64,000 nt of DNA from Lepidodermella squamata (taxonomy: Eukaryota; Animalia; Gastrotricha): assembly GCA_047495785.1 (NCBI GenBank), contig JBLDXI010000020.1, positions 2,356,001 to 2,420,000 of the forward strand. Direction: 5' to 3'. Positions 28,701 to 41,885 of this stretch are shown piece after piece. Within the stretch, counting starts at the first letter, position 1, and every line of letters begins with the position of its first letter. A program made the position numbers and the translations under genes. The notes under the pieces were generated by a model that saw only the letters and a program-made list of their open reading frames with translations, searched no databases and was not told the origin of the DNA.

Positions 28701-30063
28701 TATGAATTTCCATTGAATGGCGTGCCGGCATTGCGAGCGTCTTTTCGTGCTCCAAACTGGAGCAATTCTGCCGCTCACACATGCTATTTTTTTCATGTGT
28801 CACTTTGCGAGTCCCCCTACTTCGATTTTTCGGCGCTTAAAATAAGCCCATGGACTGCTGCAGCACTATTATATTTTTCAGCGGTATTATTTGTACTTGG
28901 CACTGATGAAGCACATTCATATAAGCACACACTCGTCCAATTTCCGTTAGTTCATTGCCAGAAAAACTGGGCGTACAGTGCGTCGTCGTCATCGCCGCCC
29001 GCCAGCCGCCCGGCCGGCATCCCCCACTATGCCATTCTAATGTTCTTGAATTGGAAATGCTAATTTGCGGCGTATATCGATTCTTAGAGGATGATCGCGA
29101 CGGCCGTTTGTATTCTGCGTAGGCTGTAGAACTATGTTGTGTTATTTTTTATACTCTATCGATGATGCAATGTACATACTCGCACAATATAATGCATGGC
29201 TGTGTGCATGGGGACCGCAAAGTCTTTGCGTGTTCAATATCGGCCGGCGCGCCTCTGACGCGTGCGTATATAGCAGCTTGAATTTTTTCGCCATTGCAGA
29301 ATTCGATCGGTACAAGTTTTTTGTCAATAAACTCACCGTATCAATCAAAAAATGGCGTAACCGCGACTGGCAAAATCATCTGCTGTGTAGTGAAATAATA
29401 TAATGCGTTATTTGATGGCTTGCTAAAAGTTACTCAGCATGCCGGGGTATTTTCTCATCTCTCGCAATATCGTGTTCTTTATAATAATAATAAATCATGC
29501 ATATATTGTATATTATAATAACTCAACGCCATAAAAATAAATATAAAACGCAGTATAACGCCCATAGGACTATGCTTTCTTGTTCTCATTTCCTGTATTG
29601 GCTTTCTTCTCATCTCGTCACAGTAGCCAATATTGTGCAGTTTTTGAAATCGTTTTGATTTTCCCTCTTTCCCACTATACATTATTACTAGGGCTTTCAG
29701 TGCTTTATTATCGTAGTAAGTGTAGTAGTTGTGAGCTAATCCTACGCTGTGTATTTTGCAATCGCGCCTTTTCGCTGCTTCTGTCGCTCACACGTGATTC
29801 CGCTCAATTTCAACTACTGTGTATTTGTAGTAGTAGTAGCGATGATACTTCACTGCAATCATCGATTTGCCGCGCGAACAAGATTTCAGAACAGAACTCT
29901 CTATACATGCGTTCATTAGCTAATCCAAATGTGCCTGCTATCATTTTTTTCGGAAGACAATTTCCATGTCATGTTTTTATCACGTTCTAGTGTCTACTTA
30001 TTGAAATTTAACAATTCAATTAACTTCTGAGTAGCCGCGATTTGATCATTGAGCTGCCTCACA

Positions 30064-32711
30064 ATGTCTATCGCGGGTCTTAAGAAACAAATAAACAAGG
30101 CGAATCAATTTCTCAGCGAGAAAGTTGGTGGCGCCAAAGGAACGGAACTCGAAAGCGAGTTCGTCGAAATGGAAAGGGTAATTTTTGCTGTTATAGTTTG
30201 AAATTTGCTCATTATCGTGTTTTTGTAGCGAATCGATGCCACTACGAAATTAGTCGACGATTTAATGGTCAACGTTCAAGAATTGCTCCAACCGAATCCT
30301 AGTATGACCTAGTTTTTTCTGCAAATTCAAGCTAATGAATAATTTGCATTTTAATAGCCGTTCGGGTTAAACTATTGGCTGCTAATTCAATGACAAAAAT
30401 CGGCATTCGGGGCCAACAAAGCCGGAGTTCGATGTACCCTCAGCCCGAGGGTATTTTAGGCGATACTATGGTTGCTCGGGCGAAAGAACTCGGTCCCGAG
30501 AGCGTGTTCAGTGCAGCTCTCGACGACGGAGGCGAATCATTTAAACAAATGGCCGAACTGCGATATGCACTTGAAGAGAATGTGAAACAAAATTTTCTCG
30601 AGCCACTCAATCATACCAAAAAAGACATTACTGAAGTTAATGTAAGTTGATTTTTCCATAATTTTTTAATTACTGGAAATTTTAGATTAATTTAAATTCA
30701 GCTAAAAATATTAAGGAGGATTTTTCTTAAACAATCCATTATTTCGATTTTTTGTTTAGAATGAGATTTTTTCGGTTTTTTTTATTGAAATTCGTTTTTT
30801 TCAGCATCACCGTAAAAAACTAGAGGGTCGGCGGCTGGATTATGACTGTAAGAAGCGGAAGAAGGCAACGGGAACGGCGATCACTGACGACGAGCTGCGA
30901 ATGGCCGAGGAGAAGTTCGAGGAGTCGAAGCGTTTGACCGAGTCGGCGATGAACAACCTGATCGACAGCGATGTTGAACGCATCGCGCATCTGAGCGGGC
31001 TCGTTTCGTCGCTGCTCGAGTATCACAAACAGGCGGCGCAAGTTCTCGAACGCCTGCACACGCGGTTGGAAGAGCATAAAGCGAACGCGAAAACCCGTGC
31101 GCCTATGGCTAGGCCGCGCATGGCCTCGGCCGAGAGCAACAACAAGGCCGCCCTCTACCCATCGAGCGATTTCGATAAAAAGTCATCCGGCGATCCGTGG
31201 TCGAATTCACCCCCAGCGCCTCGGCCCTCCAACAACACAAACAATAGCAACCAACAAGGTATAAACCAGTCGTTATATGTTTTCAACACAATCCTCACTT
31301 TTAGATGATAATATGTCACAAAAAGGCGTTATTCAGTTTATTCACGATCGTAAGACTTTTTTACGTGACTTTTACGTTGTGACTAAGCAAGCATTTATAT
31401 TATATATTCGTCATTATGTTGAGCACGCGTAACTCTTTCTACAAGAATCGTGGTTATATTTTTGAATGTTGAACGTTTTTTCTCCATGTCTATGCCCTCT
31501 CAGGGTCAAGAACATCGTGGTATGCGAGTGATTACCGAAATCAGCGTAAGTAACTGCCGGTCAAGGGATTAATCCAACGTAGTCAATAACTGACCAACTA
31601 ACGATTTTTTTAGGGAACTAACACGGAAATTAGGGATTAATTTTAGCTTTGCTCACTTTTCAGCCAGAGAAATGAGAAGTATTAATTTTGGCTGTTCAAG
31701 TTGCGATTTTAATTTTATTATGCACCCTGTGCATTTTTTCGAATGATTGACCGACTTTCTGCGTGTTCATTCAAGTTTCTGATAATTTATTTGAAGAGTC
31801 CTCCTTAAAACTGCAATTAACCTTGAATGCTTGTTTACGCAGTGATCAAGTGCCCTCAGGGCAATCTTATCAAACTGCGAGTTGGTCCTTGTTGTTAAAT
31901 ATTAATTGAAACTACTAACTACTACTAAGAAGTTATATTGTTTCAGTGCGTTGAATCGGTTAATTGAATTATTTCTCTTTTGTATGTGACAGGAGCTCAA
32001 AGTGCGACTGCTAGCGGTCAGTCGATTTTGTCGACAGCAACGGCCGCCGGCGCCGCGGCTGCTGCCACTGCTGCCGTTTCGTCAGTTTTCCAGAGCGGCA
32101 AGTCGTTGCTAGGCCAGGCGATTGGCGGCGCCAAGTCGGCAACACCAGGGCACGGACATGCCAATGGCGGAGCGCCGCCGGCCCATCCAGCCGGCCCACC
32201 TCCAGGCGCGGGGGCTGGCCCGGGCGGCAAACAGCCGTGCTGCAGGGCGCTGTACGATTTCGAACCCGAAAACCCGGGTGAATTGTCATTCAAAGAAGGC
32301 GACATCATTAACCTAGGTAAATACATAAATTATAGCCGAAACTATAGGACTCAATAACTCATGCAAAATTGATGAAATTATGCAAATGAGAATTTTCTAA
32401 ATTGGACCGCTCAACTTTTCGGCTGGAAAAATTGGCATGGTCCGCTTTTTTGATTGGACCTTAATCGAATCGAAAAGTCCCGTTCAGAAATGGAAAAAGC
32501 AACCTCTAATTTGATAAAAAAAATTCGAAGATTTTAATGAAAACTAAAACTTGTTAGAAAATTCGTTTCGAAATGATGATATTTATGGTTTTTTTTCTGT
32601 TTTTCAGATGAGCGGTTGGACGAAAATTGGTTTGTAGGAAGTTTACGCGGCAAAACTGGCCATTTCCCAGTGAATTACGTTCAAATAGTGGTCGACCTGC
32701 CGGCGCGTTGA
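30064..32711 (+). CDS. SH3GL: Endophilin-A (N-BAR plus SH3), canonical copy 1
   Basis: [71 protein letters not shown] and GHFPVNYV. Confidence 0.95.
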
Positions 32712-35482
32712 TCGTTTTAATTCCAAATAAACTGGCAATTATTATCATCATCATCATCGTCACACATCTGAATCTGTTTTCTTATCTTTGAAATCTTTTA
32801 TCCGTGAAAAATACCATGTCTTCTGTTTATATCCACAGATACTATCTATATTTCTGTACCGACATCTCCGAGACATCTTGTTGCAATACGTGTTAAAGCT
32901 TTATGCCTTAAATATTGCTTTTCCTTCTTCGAAATTACTACGAAAAAACATTCTGTACCGAAATTTTGCTAGATTAGTAGGAATCATGTAGCACCCTTGA
33001 AAATTTATACTTTTTATCAAAATGAACACCGACGGCGGGGTTTTTGGTGGTGATGGTGGTTTGTATGCAGCTGGGCTCAATCTTGTTATTTGTTTCTTGG
33101 TGGCATTGGTGCGAATAATGGAAGTTTGATAATAATGAGTGAAAAATCAGATGAAGACGGGGAAAACCAAAAATAATTATGTATTACGATTACAACATCA
33201 CCCTGCTGTAGGTCTTTCACATTTGCCATGATTCGCAAATGTAGGCAGCATGTTTTAATGACGATGAACAAATGGAAGGAACGAACGACGAAGTTGTATC
33301 CACCTTGTTATTCTACTACTTGTTGCCCTTTTTTAACTTGTCACACACATTCTCTCGCTCCTCGACGGTTCATAATTGTCTCATTGTCAGGCAAACCTAA
33401 GCGTTGCACGCCATTTCTGTGTTATTTTTTGCTATATATATATATAATAATAATAATGATGATAATAACAGTAATATCTGATGTGAGGAAACGAAGTCTT
33501 GCATCTCTAAGATTATCAATCGAAAAGCCCGCTTTTTACTCCTCATCCGAAATTAAGTAGCAGTTGTTTTTATTCATTTCCTATCATGTAAATACTCGGG
33601 TCTTAATAATTGTGCACCGTGCAAAAAAATCGACTTTCTTTTTTTCTGATGAAAATGTGAACAAAAACTAATAATAATATTCTTTGCGGTCATGCACTTG
33701 TGAGTTGTACAGACCGGGAAAATTTACGCGAATTTCCACGCCAGTTGATAATATACTGCCGCGGGGTATTTTGAAACACACACCATTTCCCACTCATTGT
33801 CCACAACATGTGAAAATATACTTAACAAAAAATAACCCTTGCCGCTGTGTTGAGCTTACCGCGAATAATAATAAGTACACATTGTTCATTCGTAGCAATC
33901 AGTTGTGATTTATTGTTTTTTTGTCTAACTTACCGTATTCGAATTTATTACCATTTATTCCGTGCTTTTTGAAGCGACTCGCTACAAGGAAATCAACGAA
34001 TGCCGGTTAATGTCGTGCGTGTTTTTTCACGCATTTTTTGGCCATCACCCGAAGCATGCCCAAAAAGTGCGCACGTGATTTGTTATAAGCGTTACTTTGT
34101 TTTATAATCTACTATCTATTCTTTTCATCAAATACGGTCGGATATTACGTGTTGCCAATCATCATCATCATCATCTTTTGAGGGAAAAATAGTGCGTTGC
34201 AAAAAATCAGTGCTTGGACCTTTTTAGTATTATTTAATTTGCGCGTATATGTATAAAATCGAGAAAAGACTGCAGAATTGGTTAATACTAAGCATCTAAA
34301 TGTGAATGTAGCTCTGTTTTATATTGCGAAAATGAGAAATAGCGACGATGCGAGACAATTCTGGTCTTGAAATTCCGCTGGGAAACCGCGCAAGAAAGTA
34401 TTCATGTTGACTAACTGTAATATCATCGATATATATATATATATTATAAATTATGAGAAATATATATTAGTGTTATATTCTAATAATATATTATTATTAC
34501 GATAATTTAATTTGCAATTAAATTGAAAAATAAAACCAAGATTTTGGATTTTAGCAACTCGGTCAGGTGTCTTTTTTCCATTGTCAGGTTTTGCGAAAAA
34601 GCAGGAAACTTGGTTTTGTTTCCCGCGAGTATAATGGACTAAAGAGAACGTGCGATGTTAAAAGCTGTTAAAACACGCGTCTGCATTAGCAACGTAATGA
34701 TAGCCCGCGCGCGAGATCCGCACAGGCCCCATTTTGGTACCTGATACTTAATAGGCCAAGTTCAGCTCTACAGCATATATGCAGTTTTCTTTGTCAGATA
34801 ATATTAGAAGAAACTGCAGAGTATAAAGGGAAAACAAACCAGCGCGTTGCACACAGATGTGTAGCTAACATTTTACACTCGTGCAAAACCTGTGTACAGA
34901 GCCTACTTGAAATACTACATACAGCGACATGAGGCATCGGCGGTATTAGAGTGTGCAAGGTGACCCGCGTCGACATGCGCGTTGTGGTACTACGAGCACG
35001 GGTGTTACGAAATTTTTATTATTATTATTCGTCTAAAAACGCAACAGCGTTAATTCACAAATAAATTATTATTATATTGCAGGAATAATATTTTTCTACG
35101 CAATGCTCTATATACCGTTAATGCGCGGCTTTCTTAACTTTCACCGCATTCCTGCTCCGGTTGTTTCGATGTAGCTGTCATCGCGGTTTCAACCCAGCTT
35201 AATCTCCCGGTCGATGCTGCTCACTCTCTAACCAACGTTTTAATGTCACCGTTCTCAACACATTTAAAGTAATATGTATTCAATTTTCGTGACGGAGTAA
35301 AGAAGTCGCATCAACAAAAGGCCACCACCATTAGTCATTACTATATGTGTAGGTATAGTTTGCCGTGCTGGTTGCCTCCACTCGTATAATTATATAATAG
35401 TCACCGGCCGTTGTCTCAGCTATTATGCACATCATTATCAACGCTACATAATTCGCTCGATAACTTTTTACAGTTGTAGTTG

Positions 35483-37073
35483 ATGAACTGCTACGGCGAT
35501 TCTTCGCGCCGCTTAAAAGATAATTTCCGCAGAAAGATGAACAAGGCTAATCAATTCCTGAGCGAAAAATTCGGAATCGCACATCCTACCGAATATGGCC
35601 CAGATTACGCATCCCAACTTCGGGTAAGATCCAATTTTTTCAACCTTGAAACCGCCATTGTAACTTTCGCAATTTCTCAGCATGTCGAAAACAGGAAAAA
35701 ACTCACCGATAAAATCAAGGCCAGTACGCGGAAATTCCTCTTCCCGAATCACTTCGGTAATTTTTGTGCTCATTTTTTTAATTTCAAATTTTCGAAATTT
35801 TGCAGCGAATCGTTTGAAAATGTCGGCAGCAGCTTTGAAAGAACACCCGCTTAGCATTGAACAGCCCGAAGCTGAAATTGGGGACATCTTACTGAACGGT
35901 GTCGAAGAAATCGGGGCCGAAACTGTTTACGCTCATCAATACAGCCGACTGCTTTACGAAAGCAGCATTGCCTTCAAGAGCCTTGCGATATTGCGGAACA
36001 AACTCATCGAAGACGTTGATACAGTATTCATCAAACCGCAGAGTCTCATGAAACGAGATTACACTCAACTTATGACGCTGAAGAAAAAGTTGGAAAGCCG
36101 TAGATTAGACTACGACTGTAGGAAGAGGAAAGCTAGCAAATCAAACTCCAACGTCTCGGAAGAAGATCTCAGGATCGCTGAGCGCAAATTTTTCGACCTC
36201 AAAGGCGTTATGGAGGACGCGATGACTGACTTCATGAAAAAAGACATCGAGCGAGCTAATCATATGCGATCATTCAACAGATCCTTACTCCACTATCATC
36301 GGCAAGCTGTTGAAGTTTTGGAGCAACTTGTTGGAAGTGATTCTCAAAGTGTACCTCAAATGTCGTACGAAAGTCGTACTATGACTATGAAGAAGACTTT
36401 CACGCTTCGCAAGGACACAACAGCGAAAATGCCAGAACGGCATCATTACCAATCACCTGCTTCGATAGAGAACGAAGTTTTCGTTGATGACCAGCCTGCG
36501 ACTACGGCACCGGATCAGCCGGATGTCGTCGTGTCGCCTGACCATGAGCTACCAACTTCGCCAGCTATTGACGAAACTCGCGATAATGTAAGCATTCGAA
36601 TTGAATCTCAAGCATCACCCAGCCGTCACGCTCCACCGCCTCCGAAGAGCTTGGAAGTTTGCGAAGCTCTGGACGATTTTGAACCAACGGAAGACAATCG
36701 TGAGGATACATTAGCGTTCAAAAAAGGCGATCGCTTGCAAATTATTGGGCCTTCGAACGATGATAACTGGATCTGGGGACGAAATATGGAGGGCGAGACG
36801 GGGTATATTCCGATAAATTACGTAACTCGGCTGAACGGGGGTGTATCAATCACGCCTCCTTCCTCGGATGAGCACGGCTCGTTCTCGCCGGGTAATTCGC
36901 CAGTTTCGAAGCCGACTGAAAATGATGAGAAATCTGACCATCATCCGGCGAATCAAACGATCTCCGAGAATGAGGAAGGCTACAGCGAAGAGGGAAATAT
37001 TCGAAGCCAAACAGTTTCGCCAAACGAAGAGCAGCAGCGGATTCACCACCAGGCTATATCCGGAACGAACTAA
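35483..37073 (+). CDS. Endophilin-A-like paralogue 2 (divergent BAR, SH3, disordered C-terminal tail)
   Basis: [32 protein letters not shown] and SH3 ALDDFEP...GYIPINYV. Two short 5' introns followed by one long exon. Confidence 0.88.
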
Positions 37074-37453
37074 GCTGAATTTTTAGTGACAATACTTTGA
37101 TATTATATTATCATACTCCAAGACTTTGAGTCTGAACATGATGCTGCATCATTTTTTCTTTCTGCTTTGTAGGCGAGAATGGCGATATTGCTATGACTTT
37201 TCTTTCTGCATTTCAATGATATTGCCAAGTTATTATTTATCGAAAATAAAGTTATTGTTGTAACGTAAGAAGACTTTTGGCGATGAATTTCCAATGGCTA
37301 AAGTGAAATGGAGTCGGCTCACTTTGACAGCTTCAATCAGCTGTCATCATTCAGCTGTAGAAATCTACAGTGAAACTTCAGTTTTTACGCTTTGATGCGA
37401 ACCAGCAATAAATTTTAAATGACCTTCAAATTGCATCTGAAGGTTGGATAAGG

Positions 37454-37507
37454 CCCGGAACCATAGATAATAGTAATTTATTTATGCCTATTATCTATGC
37501 CCGGAAC
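37454..37507. mobile_element. 38-bp TIR element or excision footprint with 8-bp target-site duplication
   Basis: TSD CCCGGAAC at 37454-37461 and 37500-37507; perfect 12-bp TIRs CATAGATAATAG (37462-37473) and CTATTATCTATG (37488-37499). Confidence 0.85.
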
Positions 37508-39262
37508 CTAGCAAAAAGTACCCATAGGGCGTAATTTATGAAGGATCATGATATTTTAGGAACTCCCAAATCCCAGATTTTATGAATAATTTTCGGCCAA
37601 CTTTTGGACTTGGAACCTGATCAGGTTTACTTGAAATGTGAAATGAAATAGAAAAATCCACCTTAATTATATACTTTGACATTTCCCAAATTTCAAGCTC
37701 CTTGAGGCTACAGGCACGCTCTGATGGTGAGGTTTTTATATTTTTTAATGGCCCAGATCAATTTCATGACAAACCGAACCAAATGCATCATCATAGCATT
37801 AAGATCTAGATCGATATCACAACTTTACTCAAAACCAATCAATGAATAGGGCTCAAATTAGTGTTATTCCATGACTTTTTTAAGGAATAAACATTGCCCT
37901 TCGGGCTTTCCGATATGCGGCATGTACTTAAATGAGAGGTGATAAAAAAGCGATATTCAATCGACGCGGCGCGCAGAATATTTACAATTAGTACCTATAT
38001 ATGACGATGCACCGGAATGCAAATACTCATACGTAGAAATTAATAAAAAGCGGCGCGATGCATCGATGAAAAACGAATACTATACATCACAGGTGTTCTT
38101 GTGTTGTAGTATTAGGCATATTTTTTTCGGCATGCGCCGTAAAATACTACTGTGCGCTGCCCATGCAGCATAGTTGACGCTACTGGCGACAGTTCGCCTT
38201 TACTCGCTGCTCTCATCAGTACGCTGCGCGAGTGAATATCCAGAATTTTTACTATTATTAATAGTATTATTATTTGATATCCTCTATAGAGTAAGAGAGC
38301 GCGAGGTATAGCCACACTTGGTTACACATTAATAGCGACTACTATAGGAGAGGTATAGGCTAGACGCAAAAAGCTAATGCTTCGCTCCCACTAAGTATCA
38401 GTTATATTATTAGCGCTTTACTATACTTTTTTATACTGCGTCGAGGTCGCATAGGGAGTCTAGGTATTGATGATATGTATTACGATGTCTCTCAGCCGGT
38501 AAAACGACACTCTAGCGATCACGCTGTTATTTTTCACATTCGCACATGCGCAATGACAACATATTTTTGACGGCAGCCGTGATAGCCTTTGACAACAATC
38601 ATTTCTAACCATAAATCGTTGGCTAAAAAAATTTGCCTCGCTCGTTTTTTCGGCTTTAAAACCTCGCAGCGCACTGGCATGTTGGGAGTAATAAAGCGCG
38701 CACGTATTACACTTTTTTACCGTTGGCGATGAGTCACTCTATAACGATTTTCCTTTCACATTTTTTATACAATTAACCTGTGAGATGCTCATGCCACCAT
38801 GGTCTTTGTGTGCTTTGTGTTGCTTATTCACGCGTGTAATTCAGCTGACCATTTACTTATAGGGTGAACCATGTAGCTAGAAAACAAGGTGATTCACGTA
38901 CGTCTTAAAATGATACCCCGTAGCAACTTTTAAATTTTAGAAACACTCCTTTCTACCATGGTTGACCCTTTATTTGCGGAAGTTTAGATTTACTTTAGAT
39001 GAATATATTGTTTTCTTGATTAGAAAATTATTAACCAGAGGAAATTTCCTCGAACACAGTTTTGCTTGTTTTCTGCGCACCCAGGAGAGCAGAACCAGTA
39101 ACTGCCGATTGGTTGAACTTCTGGCTATAACGAACACGCTTTTACACTCACCTGCTGACGAACGTGTGAAAAATGTCTGCGATTATCGGTAAAATATTTT
39201 AATTTAATTTCATTGAAATGGAAAGCATAGTTTTCTTTCCTCATTTACTTCTCACTCCTTCG

Positions 39263-41089
39263 ATGGCTGTTCACAATAATAATAATAATAATCCCGACGA
39301 TTCAGGCAGGATCAAAGCCCGATTCAACAAAACCAATCAGTATTTCAGCGAGAAATTCGGCCGGGCAAAACCGACTGCCTTCGATGAAGAATTTCTAGTG
39401 ATGGAGAAGGTAATTAATTCAGCTTTCGAGTTGAAGATTTAATCAATCATCTAATTTGGCTTAGCGAGTGGCGTTAACTGAGAAATTGGTGGATGAAATC
39501 ATAGCAAGTGTTGAAAAATTTCTGTATCCTAATCCAGGTAAATTCCCAGCAATAATTATTTCGAATTTTATTAAAGATGAGCATTGAATTTTTAGCAATT
39601 AGGGCTAAAATGCGAGCTGCCACGGCTTTTTCCAAAATTACAAAGCGAACTCGTGACACGAAGAGTGCCCAGCATTTGCCAGAGGCGAAAGTTGGGGATA
39701 CACTGCTAGCTCGAGTTGGCGACTTCGGAGCGCCCAACAATGGCCCTAGTACCATTCGAACCGCCTTGGAAACCTACGGAAACGCTTTCAAATCTCTTGC
39801 TGACCTACGACACGCCTTTCAAGAACATGTTACAAACAATTTTATCAAGCCGCTTGGTGACACTAAAAAGGACATCACCGAGATTCACGTTAGATCTCGT
39901 CTATTCCAAGAATTCCTAGCTATTTACCTTTCGTTCTTTAGACCTTGAGGCATAAATTGGAAGGCAGGCGTCTCGACTACGATTGTCGCAAGAGGAAAAA
40001 GGAGAAGGGCGAGGCGATACCTGACGATGAGTTGAAAATGGCTCAGGACAAGTACGAGCAAACGAAAAAGCTAACAAGAGAAGCTATGAAAAACTTCATC
40101 GAGCGTGATGTAGGTGACTTTTGAGGGTTCCTTTTTAAGACGTTCAATGTAACCCGCTGACCTTTCTCAGGATTTACTTCTAGTTTGTTTTTAATTATGA
40201 TTTTTAATTGCAATTGCAATTAGCTTAATTGGGATGAAAGCATGGTTATTCAGAGGAAAATATTCCATATTCCGGAAAGCGTTTTATCGGCGAAAATTGC
40301 CCAAAATTGAACAAAGATTTGAAGTTAACTTGGGCATTGATTAGGATTATCTGGCAATTTGAAATGTTGGACCTTTATTTTAGAGCTTGAAATGGCTGTT
40401 GCTTTAGCTGCTGGTTAATTATTAAAACTTGGAATCGCGCTTCGAAAATTATAACTATCAATATTATCCACCTTATTTTGAAAGCATTGCTTTACTGTTA
40501 TAGGCTGAACGAGTTACAGCATTGAAAGCGCTGAAAGACGAAATGGTGGACTTCCATAAGCAATCGATAAACATTCTGCAAAAACTTGGACCAGACCCTC
40601 ATGCGGCCAGCAGCAGTAGCTACAACGCCGCCAATAACAACAAAAACAACACCTTGACTTCGACCTCTGTCCACAGCACCGTCAGTGCCAGTAAAGTTGG
40701 GGACGCATGGGGAGATGATCCGCGTACGTTTTATCGTGCAAATTTAGCCTGGTCTTATCGTTTATTTTGAACCCTTTATCTTCATAGATACGCTAGCCAA
40801 ACCCAAAAGTGTCGTCGTCCCGGCTGTTGTTCCTCCACCCATGCCGAGTTCCCCGCCACCACATCAAGAACACGAGACAGAAAATCCGTTTGCAGTGTTC
40901 TACCGAGCCCTGTACGACTGCGTTCCCGGTGCAGACGAGCCCGCTTCTTTGGCCTTCAAGGAAGGCGACATTATAACGTATGTCGAGGATTGCGAAGATA
41001 AGGCCTGGTTTTTCGGAAGTTGTAACGGGCAGTCTGGTTACGTGCCGTACAACTACGTCCAAATCATCGAGGAAATGCCGCAAGCGTAA
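39263..41089 (+). CDS. Endophilin-A-like paralogue 3
   Basis: [29 protein letters not shown] (exon ~39941-40109) and SH3 RALYDC...LAFKEGD...GYVPYNYV. Five introns. Confidence 0.88.
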
Positions 41090-41885
41090 TTCCTTTCCTG
41101 CTGTTTTTCGTTACTGAGGAAATGGGGAATCACACTATACTCAAGTTTCCTTATGGATCGTACTGTTTTGTCACAAATTTTGTTGTAAAAAATGACAGTA
41201 AAAATCAAAAAGCTTTCATTCAGTGCGTTCTAGTTTTTATTGGATCGTAATCTGAATTAAATATTATAACAACCTAACAGGATTCACCAAGCGATTTCAA
41301 ATAAGTCGAAATTCTCGTGCATCTTCAGTGCGTACAAGAATAGTTTCAAATCGCCAACGATAAGCACAGCTGGCTTTTGGTTCGATTTTAAAGCGTAAGT
41401 ACAGGCGCTACAACGAGACAGCAGTAGAAACGCGACTGCCGGCAGGCTTGGAAAACGAAAAAGATATAATACTTGCATAATACGATAATTTCTCTTTTGT
41501 AAAACGTGGCAGCATGGTTGTGAGTGTACCCATCGTTGACGTCGAACAATAACAACAAGAATCGCTAATATTCTTTAAATATCATAGCTATTGCGCAATA
41601 CGACACACACCGGAAGATATGCAGGTTCAAAGCATGCAACGAAAAAATCGCTTATTATACTTCTACGTCTTTTCCTGGGTTACCGCGAAGAAAAGAGATT
41701 ACACAACCAGGTTAAAATAATTAGGGTGCTGATTGACAGTGTTTTTTAATTAAATCGAGAGGCACAAAATCTCGCGTCCATCATGATAATATAATTATAA
41801 TCAATAACAATACGAGAAACCAGTAGTGTTTTAATTATAGCGCGCAATCAGCTGCGGGATCGAGGCTGTTTGAATCTCAATTTGT

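Noticed and set aside
32712-34540. Small ORFs and a 12-bp hairpin (~34030-34071) after endophilin copy 1
   Set aside because: Consistent with a long AT-rich 3'UTR ending at an AATAAA near 34530; the hairpin is too short for a pre-miRNA.
38913-38927. X-box-like sequence upstream of endophilin copy 3
   Set aside because: Only one good half-site.
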